Below, piece after piece: positions 1-9,136 of a DNA stretch of 64,000 nt. A program made the translations under genes and the position numbers. The stretch comes from Capsulimonadales bacterium (lineage in GTDB: Bacteria; Armatimonadota; Armatimonadia; Armatimonadales; Armatimonadaceae), in contig JANRLW010000006.1 of assembly GCA_033762295.1 (NCBI GenBank), forward strand, positions 1 to 64,000. Direction: 5' to 3'. Positions within the stretch are counted from its first letter, which is position 1; every line of letters begins with the position of its first letter. Below the pieces are notes generated by a model. The model did no database searches. It was not told the origin of the DNA and saw only the letters and a list, made by a program, of their open reading frames with translations.

Positions 1-1
1 C

Positions 2-451
2 GTCCTCGGGTTCGTGGACGAGCTTCTGGCCGGCGAACGAGTGGAGATTTCGGTTGCGAACGCGACGCCGCGGTTCGCGGAGCGGATTCGAACCCTGGTG
101 CCGGGAAGTTCTCTGGTCGGCGGAGCCGGCATGATCAACGCGAAGGATGAGCCGGGTCTGGTCGCCTCGGTCATCGATATGGCCCGGGAGGAGAACACCC
201 GGATCGTTTCGATCATTCCGAAGCGTCGAACCCTTGAGGACCTGTTCGTCGAGATCGTCGGCGAGCGAATTTCCGCTGTGGAAGTCGACGCCCAGCCGTC
301 GGCGACGCTGGACAGCCCCGAAGTGGAGGCCGGACTGGCCGCCGGCGGGAACCAGATTCAGGATGACGTTTCGACCGTCGTGACGACGGAAGGCGAAGGC
401 GCGCGCAAACGCCCGGCCGCCAACAAATACAAGGAGTTGAATCGCCAATGA
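2..451 (+). CDS. ABC transporter ATP-binding protein, C-terminal part (5'-truncated by window)
   Basis: Frame open from base 2; RTLEDLFVEIV motif typical of ABC-2-type ATPase C-termini; ATGA overlap with the permease gene. Confidence 0.75.
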   Translation, partial: VLGFVDELLAGERVEISVANATPRFAERIRTLVPGSSLVGGAGMINAKDEPGLVASVIDMAREENTRIVSIIPKRRTLEDLFVEIVGERISAVEVDAQPSATLDSPEVEAGLAAGGNQIQDDVSTVVTTEGEGARKRPAANKYKELNRQ

Positions 452-1242
452 ATACCGCGCTTGTCATCGCCCGAAATACGATTAGCGAGGCACTGCGCCG
501 CAAGGTTCTGAATGCCTTCGCCATGGTCGGCGTCGCCGTTATCTGTCTGACCTTTATGTTCGGTCAGTTCACGGCTCGCCAGGAATTCACCCTTATTCGC
601 GGGATGGGTCTCGGCATCATCACCCTGGCCGGAATCTTCATCACCGTCATTCTGTCGATCAACCTGATTCCGACCGAGATCGAACGCCGCACGATCTACA
701 CGATTCTGGCGAAGCCGGTCCGTCGTCCCGACTTCCTGCTCGGAAAGTACTTCGGCGCGCTCGGAACGATCTTTATCAACATCGCATTGATGTCGGTTGT
801 GTTCGTCATCGCTCTGGCCGCCAAGCAGATGCTGACCGGTGCGGAAGGGCAACCGAGCCCGCTGGAGATGTTCAAGGGCGTCCTGATGATCTACATGCAG
901 ATGCTCCTGCTGTCGTCGGTCGCGATCTTCCTCTCGGTCTTTCTCTCTCCGCTGGTGAACTTCTTCCTGACGCTCTCGCTGTTCATCATCGGCAACATGT
1001 CGACCTTCACGCTGGACCTGGCGAAAACGGGCGGGAACATCTTCGTCCGCGGGTTCTTCACCGCCGTCCATTATATCGTTCCGAACTTCGGGAACTTCCA
1101 GTTCACCAACCCGCTGGTCAACCCGGGCGTGCAGGTGAAATCGGAAGTTCTGTTCCTTACCCAGAATGTCATCTACGCGATCGTCTATGCGGCGGTCCTG
1201 ATGATTCTGGCGATTCTGATCTTCGATCGGCGTGAAGTGTAA
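448..1242 (+). CDS. ABC-2 type transporter permease
   Basis: About 6 TM segments; EIERRTIYTILAKPV..R..FLLGK motif; ends FDRREV. Confidence 0.9.
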   Translation: MNTALVIARNTISEALRRKVLNAFAMVGVAVICLTFMFGQFTARQEFTLIRGMGLGIITLAGIFITVILSINLIPTEIERRTIYTILAKPVRRPDFLLGKYFGALGTIFINIALMSVVFVIALAAKQMLTGAEGQPSPLEMFKGVLMIYMQMLLLSSVAIFLSVFLSPLVNFFLTLSLFIIGNMSTFTLDLAKTGGNIFVRGFFTAVHYIVPNFGNFQFTNPLVNPGVQVKSEVLFLTQNVIYAIVYAAVLMILAILIFDRREV

Positions 1243-1300
1243 TTGACGGAGAGCGCATGGTGTCCGGGGGCAGCTCCGGACACCGGCGACGGAGAAACAG

Positions 1301-2974
1301 ATGCTGACTCAGCTAAGTAAATCGCAGTACAAGGGACTGGCGGCATTGCTGCCCCCCCTGCTGCTTTTGATCATATTCCTGCAGGTTCGGCTGGACGATC
1401 CCGTTACGGGGCGTCGTCAGCCGGCGATCGAACCTCCCACCCTTCAGAAGTCGCTGACGGGTCTGGGTTCGGCGTCTCTGCCGTTCGAGTATATGCTCGG
1501 TGCGGTATCCGGCTTCCGGCAGATCATCGCCGGTCTGCTCTGGGTCCGCAGCGACAGCCTCTTCCATTCGGGGAACTATGACGGTATCCTGCCGTTGATC
1601 CGTCTCATTACCTGGCTCGACCCGAACTGGCTCGACCCGTATGCGACGGGGGCATGGCACCTGACCTATAACTTTACCGACACGGATCAGCGTTCCGACC
1701 GCCGCTATCTTCCCGCGGGTGTCGCTCTGCTGAACGAAGGTATCAAGAACAACCCGGACCTGTTCGACCTGTACAAGGAAAAGGGATGGCTCTACTACGA
1801 CAAGTTTAAGAACTTCGAGGAGTCGGCCAAAGCCTATGCGGATGGGATGAACCACAATCCGGACGTCACCCAGATCGGTCACGCGCTGGCCCATGCCTAC
1901 GAGCGGAACGGCCAGCTGGACGAAGCGGAGAAGGCATGGGAGACGGCGATCGAACTGCATAAGAAGTTCGCGGCGGACCCGAAGAGCTCGGCGGACCTGA
2001 AGTCGCGTTCGGATTTCGGTGTCAAGAACGCCACCAAGAACCTTCAGATGCTTCGTTTCCGGCGCAAGAACCGGGTGGACGACATCAAGCCGCCGGTCGA
2101 TCTGCAGTTTACCTACACGGTGACCCGGGTCAAGCCGCGGGTGATCGAGGTCAAGGGAACGGCGAACATGATCGGTTCTCGGGGCTATGACGTCGATACC
2201 GGAATCATGGTGGAAGGACCGGTGGACGGTGTTCGGTGCGACGTCCAGTTGCAGGACAAAGGGTATCAGATACCGCCGCCGGGCGAATTCACCTTCGATT
2301 TGCCGACGGACGTCACTCTGATGAAGGAGCAGATCTCCATCAAGGGCGGACGTGTGGCGAAGCGGGGCGGTCTGATTAATACGTACGAGAAGTTTGCGGG
2401 CACCGTCTCTCCGGAAGCGGAGAAAGCGGGCGTCTACGCCTTCAAGCGAGATGAAGCGGTCCGTGACCTGCAGGCGATTCCGATCGGGCAGGCTCTGGCA
2501 TCGAACAAGATCAGCCCTTGGGGGCTTCGGCAGCTTGTCTCCGTCGCCTATCCCGTGCCGTATAACTCGCTGAAACCGATTCAAGAAGAGAAAGATGTTC
2601 CCGGTCTGGTCACCAAACTGAAGGGCGATTCGCTCAAAGTCGAGGAGCTGACCAAGAAGGGTTACATGATCTCCCAGAAGGACACTCAGGCTCCGAGCGA
2701 GTTCAAGCGGGAGATCGACATGAGCAAAGACCCGAAAATGTACGGCTTTGCCAAGGACGAGTACGAGTTGATTCTGTGGATCAACCCGCGCTACGCACCG
2801 GATTTCTTCAAGGACCGCGTCGGTTTCAGCGGCGAGGGCTTGAAGGAAGATCAGCGATTCCTCGACACATCGACGGTGAAGAACGCCCGGATCGTTCGGG
2901 TCGTGATTCCGCTGAAGAAGGAAGATATTCTCGGCGACGGCAAGAAGGTCATCGCCACTTCCGACGCCAAATAA
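1301..2974 (+). CDS. Membrane-anchored TPR-like protein associated with the ABC transporter
   Basis: N-terminal hydrophobic anchor; helical TPR-like repeats (ITWLDPNW, GWLYYDK, AHAYERNG); GGAG before ATG. Confidence 0.6.
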   Translation: MLTQLSKSQYKGLAALLPPLLLLIIFLQVRLDDPVTGRRQPAIEPPTLQKSLTGLGSASLPFEYMLGAVSGFRQIIAGLLWVRSDSLFHSGNYDGILPLIRLITWLDPNWLDPYATGAWHLTYNFTDTDQRSDRRYLPAGVALLNEGIKNNPDLFDLYKEKGWLYYDKFKNFEESAKAYADGMNHNPDVTQIGHALAHAYERNGQLDEAEKAWETAIELHKKFAADPKSSADLKSRSDFGVKNATKNLQMLRFRRKNRVDDIKPPVDLQFTYTVTRVKPRVIEVKGTANMIGSRGYDVDTGIMVEGPVDGVRCDVQLQDKGYQIPPPGEFTFDLPTDVTLMKEQISIKGGRVAKRGGLINTYEKFAGTVSPEAEKAGVYAFKRDEAVRDLQAIPIGQALASNKISPWGLRQLVSVAYPVPYNSLKPIQEEKDVPGLVTKLKGDSLKVEELTKKGYMISQKDTQAPSEFKREIDMSKDPKMYGFAKDEYELILWINPRYAPDFFKDRVGFSGEGLKEDQRFLDTSTVKNARIVRVVIPLKKEDILGDGKKVIATSDAK

Positions 2975-3011
2975 TCGGGCCGGGGAAACTCAGTTCGGTC
3001 ACCCTATGACG

Positions 3012-3050
3012 AACCGGGCGGGGCAGCGCAGGCTACCCCGCCCGGTTTTT
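3012..3050 (+). terminator. Intrinsic terminator between convergent genes
   Basis: aaccgggcggggcagc / gctaccccgcccggtt inverted repeat ending in a T-run. Confidence 0.75.
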
Positions 3051-3058
3051 CCGTCTGT

Positions 3059-3664
3059 TCAGGCGTCGGCGGTTCGCTTTTCCCATTTCCGTTTCGCGAT
3101 CCGGAACAGGAAGTAGGCCAGAAGGCCCCCCAGAACCACTTTGGAAATGATTCCGATGTATTGTCCGATGGCCTCGAAATTACGTCCCAGAATCTGTCCC
3201 AGAAAGGCCAGCGCGGCGGTCCAGATCAGGGTACCCGCGCCGGAGTAGAGAAGGAACTTGGTTCGCGGCATTTCATGCAGTCCGGCCGGAATGGATACCA
3301 GGGAGCGTAATCCGGGGACGAGCCGTCCGAAGAAGGCCGCCTTGTTGCCATGTTTTTCGAACCATTTTTCGCCGTTGTCGATGTCCTCCGGGGCGAGTCC
3401 GACCCATTCGCCGTGTTTCTCGGTCCACTCTTTAAGCCGATCCGCACCGATCTTTCGACCGAGATAGTACAGAACGGTCTGCCCGAGCAGGGAACCGAGG
3501 CTCCCGGCGAGGATCGCTCCCCAGAGGTTGAGTTCCCCGGAACCGGCTTTGAATCCGGCGACCGGCATGATCAGTTCCGACGGTATGGGGGGGAATATAT
3601 TCTCCAGGGCCATCAGGAAGAAGATCCCCGGGTAGTTCATCAGGCTTTGTATCCAGTTTTCCAA
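3059..3664 (-). CDS. DedA family membrane protein
   Basis: LENIFPPIPSELIMP and FFGRLVPGLRSLVSIPAG motifs. Confidence 0.93.
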   Translation of the reverse strand: MENWIQSLMNYPGIFFLMALENIFPPIPSELIMPVAGFKAGSGELNLWGAILAGSLGSLLGQTVLYYLGRKIGADRLKEWTEKHGEWVGLAPEDIDNGEKWFEKHGNKAAFFGRLVPGLRSLVSIPAGLHEMPRTKFLLYSGAGTLIWTAALAFLGQILGRNFEAIGQYIGIISKVVLGGLLAYFLFRIAKRKWEKRTADA

Positions 3665-3767
3665 CGGTGTCTCCGGTGAGTTTTTCCGTTACAGGTAGGG
3701 AAGGAGGGACGGCGGGTTCCGGGGGAAACCTCGTTTCGTTCCGCGAACTGTGGTAGTATGATTGGCT

Positions 3768-5189
3768 ATGGCGATGGTACTGCAAGAGAAACGCGCGAAA
3801 ACGTTGACCCTTCCGGTTCGCACCCACGAACCGGAGGTTGTCGCGGCGGTGGAACGACGACGACCGTTCAATACCGTCACCGGGGTGGAACCGGGGAGTC
3901 TCGGGGAGCGAGCGGGGGTTCGGGTCGGAGACCGTGTTCTGTCGGTGAACGGCCGGTCGGTGGCGGATATCGTCGATTGGAAGTTCCATACGGCCGGAGA
4001 AACGGCGACTGTCGTCTTTTTACGGGACGAGGAAACGTTCGAGGTAACGGTCACCAAGGGCTACGACGAGAATCTGGGACTCGCCTTTGCGGACGACCTG
4101 TTCGACGGGCTTCATATCTGCAAGAATAAGTGTGTCTTCTGTTTCCTGTACCAGCAACCAAAGGGGCTGCGTCCCTCCCTGTATATCAAGGACGATGACT
4201 TCCGGCTTTCTTTTCTGCACGGGAACTACGTTACCCTGACGAATCTCAAGCCCGGAGAACTGGAACGTATCTGCGAACAGCGGCTTTCTCCGATGTATGT
4301 CTCGGTCCATGCGACGGACCCGGACGCGCGCGGGCGCATTCTGGGGCGCAAGGGGCCGGAACCCATCCTGCCGATTCTGGAACGGCTGTCGGAGGCCGGG
4401 ATACAGATCCATGCTCAGGTGGTTCTCTGCCCCGGCTACAACGACGGGTCGATTCTGGATCGGACGATCGCGGAGCTTTCCACCCTGCATCCGACGAAGC
4501 GGGAGTCGTTCGGCGGTGTCGTTTCCGTGGCGGTAGTCCCGATCGGCATCACCCGGTTTCGGGAACGTCTGGCTCCCGTGACGACGATCGGACCGGAATA
4601 CGCGCGAGTGATTCTGGACGACCTGGAGTCGAAGCGGGAGGAGTTCCGCAGGACTCTCGGAACACGCTTTGTCTTTCCGTCGGACGAGTTCTATCTCAAT
4701 ACGAATCGGGAGGCGCCGCCCCGCTCCCATTATGAGGGCTTTCCGCAGCTGGAGGATGGGGTCGGTCTGGTTCGGCTGTTTCTGGATGACCTGGCAAAGG
4801 TGGCGCGCCGCCTACCGCGATCGGTGTCCGGTCCTCGGTCGGTGACGCTGGCGACCGGGGAGATCGCGGCTCCGCTTCTTCAGCGATTGGCCGACACGCT
4901 GAACCGGGTGGCGGGGTTATCGGTGAATGTCCTGCCGGTGCATAACCGCTTCTTCGAGGGCAATATCAATATCGCGGGTTTGATCGTCGGTCGGGACCTG
5001 ATCGATGCCCTGCGCGCGTTTCCGGACCTGGGGGAGCGTGTCCTGATTCCGTCCGTCATGCTCCGGGACGGTGAGAACGTTTTTCTGGATGAGATTTCCC
5101 TGGCCGACGTAAACCGTGAAGTGGGTCGCCCGGTGATTGCGGTGGAGCGAACCCCGACGGCCGCCGCCGAGGAAATTCTGCGGAATTGA
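3768..5189 (+). CDS. PDZ + radical SAM-like DUF512 protein
   Basis: N-terminal PDZ-like segment; CKNKCVFC; LYIKDDDFRLSFLHGNYVTLTN; FPQLEDGVG. Confidence 0.88.
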   Translation: MAMVLQEKRAKTLTLPVRTHEPEVVAAVERRRPFNTVTGVEPGSLGERAGVRVGDRVLSVNGRSVADIVDWKFHTAGETATVVFLRDEETFEVTVTKGYDENLGLAFADDLFDGLHICKNKCVFCFLYQQPKGLRPSLYIKDDDFRLSFLHGNYVTLTNLKPGELERICEQRLSPMYVSVHATDPDARGRILGRKGPEPILPILERLSEAGIQIHAQVVLCPGYNDGSILDRTIAELSTLHPTKRESFGGVVSVAVVPIGITRFRERLAPVTTIGPEYARVILDDLESKREEFRRTLGTRFVFPSDEFYLNTNREAPPRSHYEGFPQLEDGVGLVRLFLDDLAKVARRLPRSVSGPRSVTLATGEIAAPLLQRLADTLNRVAGLSVNVLPVHNRFFEGNINIAGLIVGRDLIDALRAFPDLGERVLIPSVMLRDGENVFLDEISLADVNREVGRPVIAVERTPTAAAEEILRN

Positions 5190-5274
5190 CGGAAAAGCCT
5201 CCGAACTTCATCCGTTCTTCATTTTGGCGGCTTACCCTGTTAGCGTAAGGTTACCTTGTAACAGGGGGAGCAAA

Positions 5275-7551
5275 ATGCGGATTCGAATTCCGGAAGCGTT
5301 ATCGATTGCCGAGAGTTGTGGTCTGGCGCTGGCGCTGGCGGTCGCTCTCGTTCTACGAACGGTCGGATTGACGGCGAACGGTTGGGGGAACGCCTATTAC
5401 GCCGCGACCGCTCGCAGTATGGCGTCTTCGTGGCACAACTTTTTCTTCGCTTCGTTTGACCCGGGCGGCTTTATTTCGGTGGACAAACCGCCTATCGCCT
5501 TTCAGTTGCAGGCGCTGTCCGTCAAATGGTTCGGGTTTTCGGGCTTGTCGCTGCTGCTGCCGCAGGTTTTCGCCGGGACGCTCTGCGTACTTATCGTGTG
5601 GTACCTGACCCGTCGTGCCTTCGGCGGGGTTGCGGGCGTCCTCGCGGCGTTCGTCCTTGCGCTGACGCCGATCAGTGTGGCGACCGACCGGAGCAATATG
5701 CCGGACCCGTGGCTGACCCTGGCATTGCTTCTGGCGGCGGGCGGTGTCCTCTTCGCTACGGAGACGCGCCGCTGGCAGCCACTGGCGTTCGCCGCGCTTC
5801 TGATCGGAATCGGATTTAATATCAAAATGCTGGCGGCCTTCGCCCTCGTACCGGTGCTGTTTGTCGTGTGGTCGGCGGGAACCGCCCGAACGGATATGCC
5901 CTGGGGGCACCGGATCGGTCAGATGGTGGCGGCGGCGATCGTTCTGGCGGTGTCTTCCGGCTGGTGGATGATGGCGGTGGACAGCACCGAACCGGCGAAA
6001 CGCCCGTTTGTCGGCGGCAGTTCGAACAATACGGTGCGCGATCTCGCGCTCGGATACAACGGACTCGCGAGGGTCGCCGGGGGCAGGGGTCCGGGAGGGC
6101 CGGGCGGACCCGGTGGACCCGGTGGACCCGGCGGACCCGGCACCATGCCCGGAGCGCCGGGGATGTCCGGAATGCCGCCCATGCCGCCGGGAGGGCCGGG
6201 GATGGGAGGGCCGGATGGGCCTCCCCGGTTGGTCGCGACGAACGGAATGCCGCCCATGCCCTTCGGAAACGGCGGGCCACCGCCGGGTCTTCCCGGCAAC
6301 GGAATGGGTCCGGGTGGTCCGGGTGGACCCGGTGGTCCGGGGCGTATGGGACGCGGCGGTGGACCGGGCGGTATCCTGTTCGGCGGGACACCGGGGTGGA
6401 ATCGGCTAATTCAGCCGCAGATGGCGGAGCAGACGCTGTTTCTCCTTCCGTTGATCTTTGTCGGGATGATTTTGCCGTGGTCGAGGCTCCGGAGCGGAGA
6501 GAACGACGAATCCGTTCGAGCCAGGGCGACCCTGGGGCTGTTTTCCGGTTGGTTCCTGCTATACGCTACGCTGTTTAGCTTCGCCCGCGGCGTATTCCAT
6601 CCGTATTACCTGACGGTGCTGGCGCCCGCCGCCGCCGTCCTGACCGGAATCGCGATGGCGACGCTATTCGATTGGATTCGTGCGGAGTCGGCGGTTCGAC
6701 GCTGGAGTGCGGTGGGAATCGGATTCGGGACCGTGTTCTGGGAAGGTCTCGTGCTGCATCAATCGGGGTCGGTCGCGACGGAGCGTCTGTTGCTCCCGTG
6801 CCTGATCGGGTCGGTCGTGACGCTCCTGGTAGCTGCGCTTTTGAACCGGTCCGGGGATGGGTCGCGTCTTCGGCCCCTCGATCCGATCTCCGGCGTGGTG
6901 ACCGCCACGCTGCTTCTGGGACCGTCGCTTTACTGGTCGTATCGAACGATGTCCCGACCGGGCCACAACGCGATCCCGTATGCGTCGGTATCGGACGTCG
7001 AGGGGGGCGGAAGCCGTGGGCCGGGGATGGGTGGGCCGGCGGGTATGTCGGGGCGGATTGCGGAATCGGACCGGCGTCTGGCGGCATTCCTCGAAAGCCA
7101 TCGTGGTTCGGCAAAGTATCTGGTGGCAGGCCCTTCGTCGATGGAGACCTCGTCCCTGATCATTCTCACGGGAAAACCGGTCATGGCGCTCGGTGGGTTC
7201 GGCGGCGGTGACTCGACCCTTTCGCTCGAAGCGTTCCGGAAAAAAGTGGCGGACGGTGAGATCCGTTATGTTTTGATCGGCGGTCGCAGGGGTCCGGGAG
7301 GTCCGGGTGGACCCGGTGGACCCGGTGGACCCGGTGGACCCGGTGGACCCGGTGGTCCCGGTGGTCCCGGTGGACCGGGGGGGCCGGGACGCGGCGGGTC
7401 GGTGGGGAAAATATTCGAATGGGTTCGTGAGAACGGGCGGGAGGTGGACCCGCAGGAGTGGGGCGGCGCTTCGGAGACGGACGAGGCGACACCGTTTCCG
7501 ATGGGCGGTTTGCAGGGGGGCCGAAAGCTGTATGCGGTGACGGCTTCCTGA
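5275..7551 (+). CDS. GT-C glycosyltransferase (ArnT/PMT, YkcB/YycA-like) with Gly-Pro-rich inserts
   Basis: NAYYAA..RSM, SFDPGGFISVDKPP, GFNIKML, RPFVGGS, FHPYY and C-terminal GGFGG motifs; ATG at 5275 after GGGGAG. Confidence 0.88.
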   Translation: MRIRIPEALSIAESCGLALALAVALVLRTVGLTANGWGNAYYAATARSMASSWHNFFFASFDPGGFISVDKPPIAFQLQALSVKWFGFSGLSLLLPQVFAGTLCVLIVWYLTRRAFGGVAGVLAAFVLALTPISVATDRSNMPDPWLTLALLLAAGGVLFATETRRWQPLAFAALLIGIGFNIKMLAAFALVPVLFVVWSAGTARTDMPWGHRIGQMVAAAIVLAVSSGWWMMAVDSTEPAKRPFVGGSSNNTVRDLALGYNGLARVAGGRGPGGPGGPGGPGGPGGPGTMPGAPGMSGMPPMPPGGPGMGGPDGPPRLVATNGMPPMPFGNGGPPPGLPGNGMGPGGPGGPGGPGRMGRGGGPGGILFGGTPGWNRLIQPQMAEQTLFLLPLIFVGMILPWSRLRSGENDESVRARATLGLFSGWFLLYATLFSFARGVFHPYYLTVLAPAAAVLTGIAMATLFDWIRAESAVRRWSAVGIGFGTVFWEGLVLHQSGSVATERLLLPCLIGSVVTLLVAALLNRSGDGSRLRPLDPISGVVTATLLLGPSLYWSYRTMSRPGHNAIPYASVSDVEGGGSRGPGMGGPAGMSGRIAESDRRLAAFLESHRGSAKYLVAGPSSMETSSLIILTGKPVMALGGFGGGDSTLSLEAFRKKVADGEIRYVLIGGRRGPGGPGGPGGPGGPGGPGGPGGPGGPGGPGGPGRGGSVGKIFEWVRENGREVDPQEWGGASETDEATPFPMGGLQGGRKLYAVTAS
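7291..7389 (+). repeat. Coding 9-bp tandem repeat encoding (GPG)x11; shorter blocks near 6088-6141 and 6307-6342
   Basis: ggacccggt-type units read directly in the sequence. Confidence 0.9.
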
Positions 7552-7597
7552 GACGCCTTTTCCCGGAGTGCGCATCCTGCAGGAGTGCCGGGAGGGT

Positions 7598-7626
7598 TTG
7601 ACACACCCTGACCCGTGGCGTACACT
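7598..7626 (+). promoter_or_regulatory. Sigma70-type promoter upstream of 7671
   Basis: TTGACA-17 bp-TACACT. Confidence 0.7.
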
Positions 7627-7670
7627 TCTGAAGCGGTGCGCCCTTCGGGAATACCGCAGGAAAGCGATTT

Positions 7671-8096
7671 ATGAGCAAGTTCAAGGAAGGCGATCGTGTG
7701 GTGGTCGTAGCCCGCACTCAGACCGCCGGCGACATCAAAAGCGGTCTCTATTTCCCGCATTATGCCCATCTACGGGGCGTCGTTCTCAAAGTTTTCGGGG
7801 AGGAGGCATCGGTTTTGATCGACCGGGATGCGCTTCCTTCCGAGATTCGAATGCGACACGAGGAGACGGAGGTGTCCGAGCGCCGACGGTACCTGGACCG
7901 GCTTTCGGAGGAGGTTCGTGGACGGGCGTCCGAGCGGGAACGAAATTTCCGTCTGAATTACGCCGTGCTCGTCTCGCTCAACGACCTCTCGACCGAGGAA
8001 ACGGCGCGCGACGAGGCATCTCGGACGACCGGCGACCGACTGGATGCCGCCGAGGAAGCGTTTCTGGCGGAACGATCGAAACGGACCGGCGGCTAA
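7671..8096 (+). CDS. Hypothetical protein, possible SH3/KOW-like N-terminus
   Basis: AGGAAAG upstream; MSKFKEGDRVVVV start; charged C-terminus. Confidence 0.65.
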   Translation: MSKFKEGDRVVVVARTQTAGDIKSGLYFPHYAHLRGVVLKVFGEEASVLIDRDALPSEIRMRHEETEVSERRRYLDRLSEEVRGRASERERNFRLNYAVLVSLNDLSTEETARDEASRTTGDRLDAAEEAFLAERSKRTGG

Positions 8097-8117
8097 GGCG
8101 GTAACGGATCGCGGAAG

Positions 8118-8903
8118 ATGACCGAGGAGGATCAAGTTCGGTTTCGTCAGGCGTTGATCGCCGCCTTGCCAGCCGTAGGCGTACCGCTTGACGAGGAGCA
8201 GATGACGCTCTGCGAGCGGTTTGCCCGTCACCTGCTGGCGGTCAACGAGCGAATGAACCTGACGCGAATTACCGGGCCGGAGGAGATGGCGATCAAACAT
8301 TTCGCCGACTCGCTGACCGTGTTAAGCGCGGTGTCGGTGCCTGCCGGGTCACAGGTTATCGATGTCGGTACCGGTGCGGGGTTTCCCGGAATGGTTCTGA
8401 AAATCGTCCGTCCGGATATTCGTCTGACGCTGCTGGATTCGCTGTCCAAGCGGCTTCGTTTTCTGGACGAGACGATCTCGCTTCTTGGCCTGACCGGCGT
8501 GGATACGGTGCATCTTCGAGCGGAGGATGCCGGGCGGGACCGACGTTTTCGGGACCGTTTCGATCTGGTAACGGCCCGGGCGGTGGCCGCCCTGCCGATG
8601 TTGCTCGAATGGTGCGGACCGCTGGTCCGGCCCGGCGGAAGCCTCCTGGCGATGAAGGGGGCGAACGCCCGGGAGGAGACCGCGGCGGCGGGAGGCTTAC
8701 CGGAGCGAATGAACCTCCGGCCGGTGGTCGAGGTACGAAAAATTCTCCCGGCGACGGACCCTTCCCTGGAACCGTCGGAACGTTTTCTCCTGGTGTACCG
8801 AAAGTCGGCTCCGACACCGGCCCGATTTCCGCGACGGCCTGCCGACGTCGCCCGAGAATCAAACCGGGCGAAAGGTGGGGAAAATCGCCCGGTGGATGTA
8901 TAA
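8118..8903 (+). CDS. rsmG: 16S rRNA m7G527 methyltransferase
   Basis: NLTRI, KHFADSL, DVGTGAGFPG, VTARAVA and MKG motifs. Confidence 0.95.
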   Translation: MTEEDQVRFRQALIAALPAVGVPLDEEQMTLCERFARHLLAVNERMNLTRITGPEEMAIKHFADSLTVLSAVSVPAGSQVIDVGTGAGFPGMVLKIVRPDIRLTLLDSLSKRLRFLDETISLLGLTGVDTVHLRAEDAGRDRRFRDRFDLVTARAVAALPMLLEWCGPLVRPGGSLLAMKGANAREETAAAGGLPERMNLRPVVEVRKILPATDPSLEPSERFLLVYRKSAPTPARFPRRPADVARESNRAKGGENRPVDV

Positions 8904-8937
8904 AATAATGTAGCGCCTTGCCGGGGACGTGTTTCGT

Positions 8938-9032
8938 GGGGGTGCAGGGGGTCTGGTGGCCCTCCCGGTCTTCAAAACCGTGCGCGGGATGGTGATGCTA
9001 TCCCGGGTGGGTTCGATTCCCACACACTCCCG
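8938..9032 (+). tRNA. selC: tRNA-Sec (UCA)
   Basis: 8-nt acceptor strands, 6-bp D stem with 4-nt loop, CT-TCA-AA anticodon loop, long variable arm, 5-bp T stem with TTCGATT, G discriminator; CCA not encoded. Confidence 0.9.
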
Positions 9033-9136
9033 TCACCTTGAATTCATCGCGCTGTCGTTTTCGCCGGAAGGAGGCGGGAACGGCGGCGCGGAATCGTTTG
9101 TCAGTACCTCGGAAATGAATGTAAAAGGACGTTTTC

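Noticed and set aside
7291..7389. Tandem repeats as a possible CRISPR array
   Set aside because: Contiguous 9-bp units with no spacers, in frame within a CDS; no cas genes
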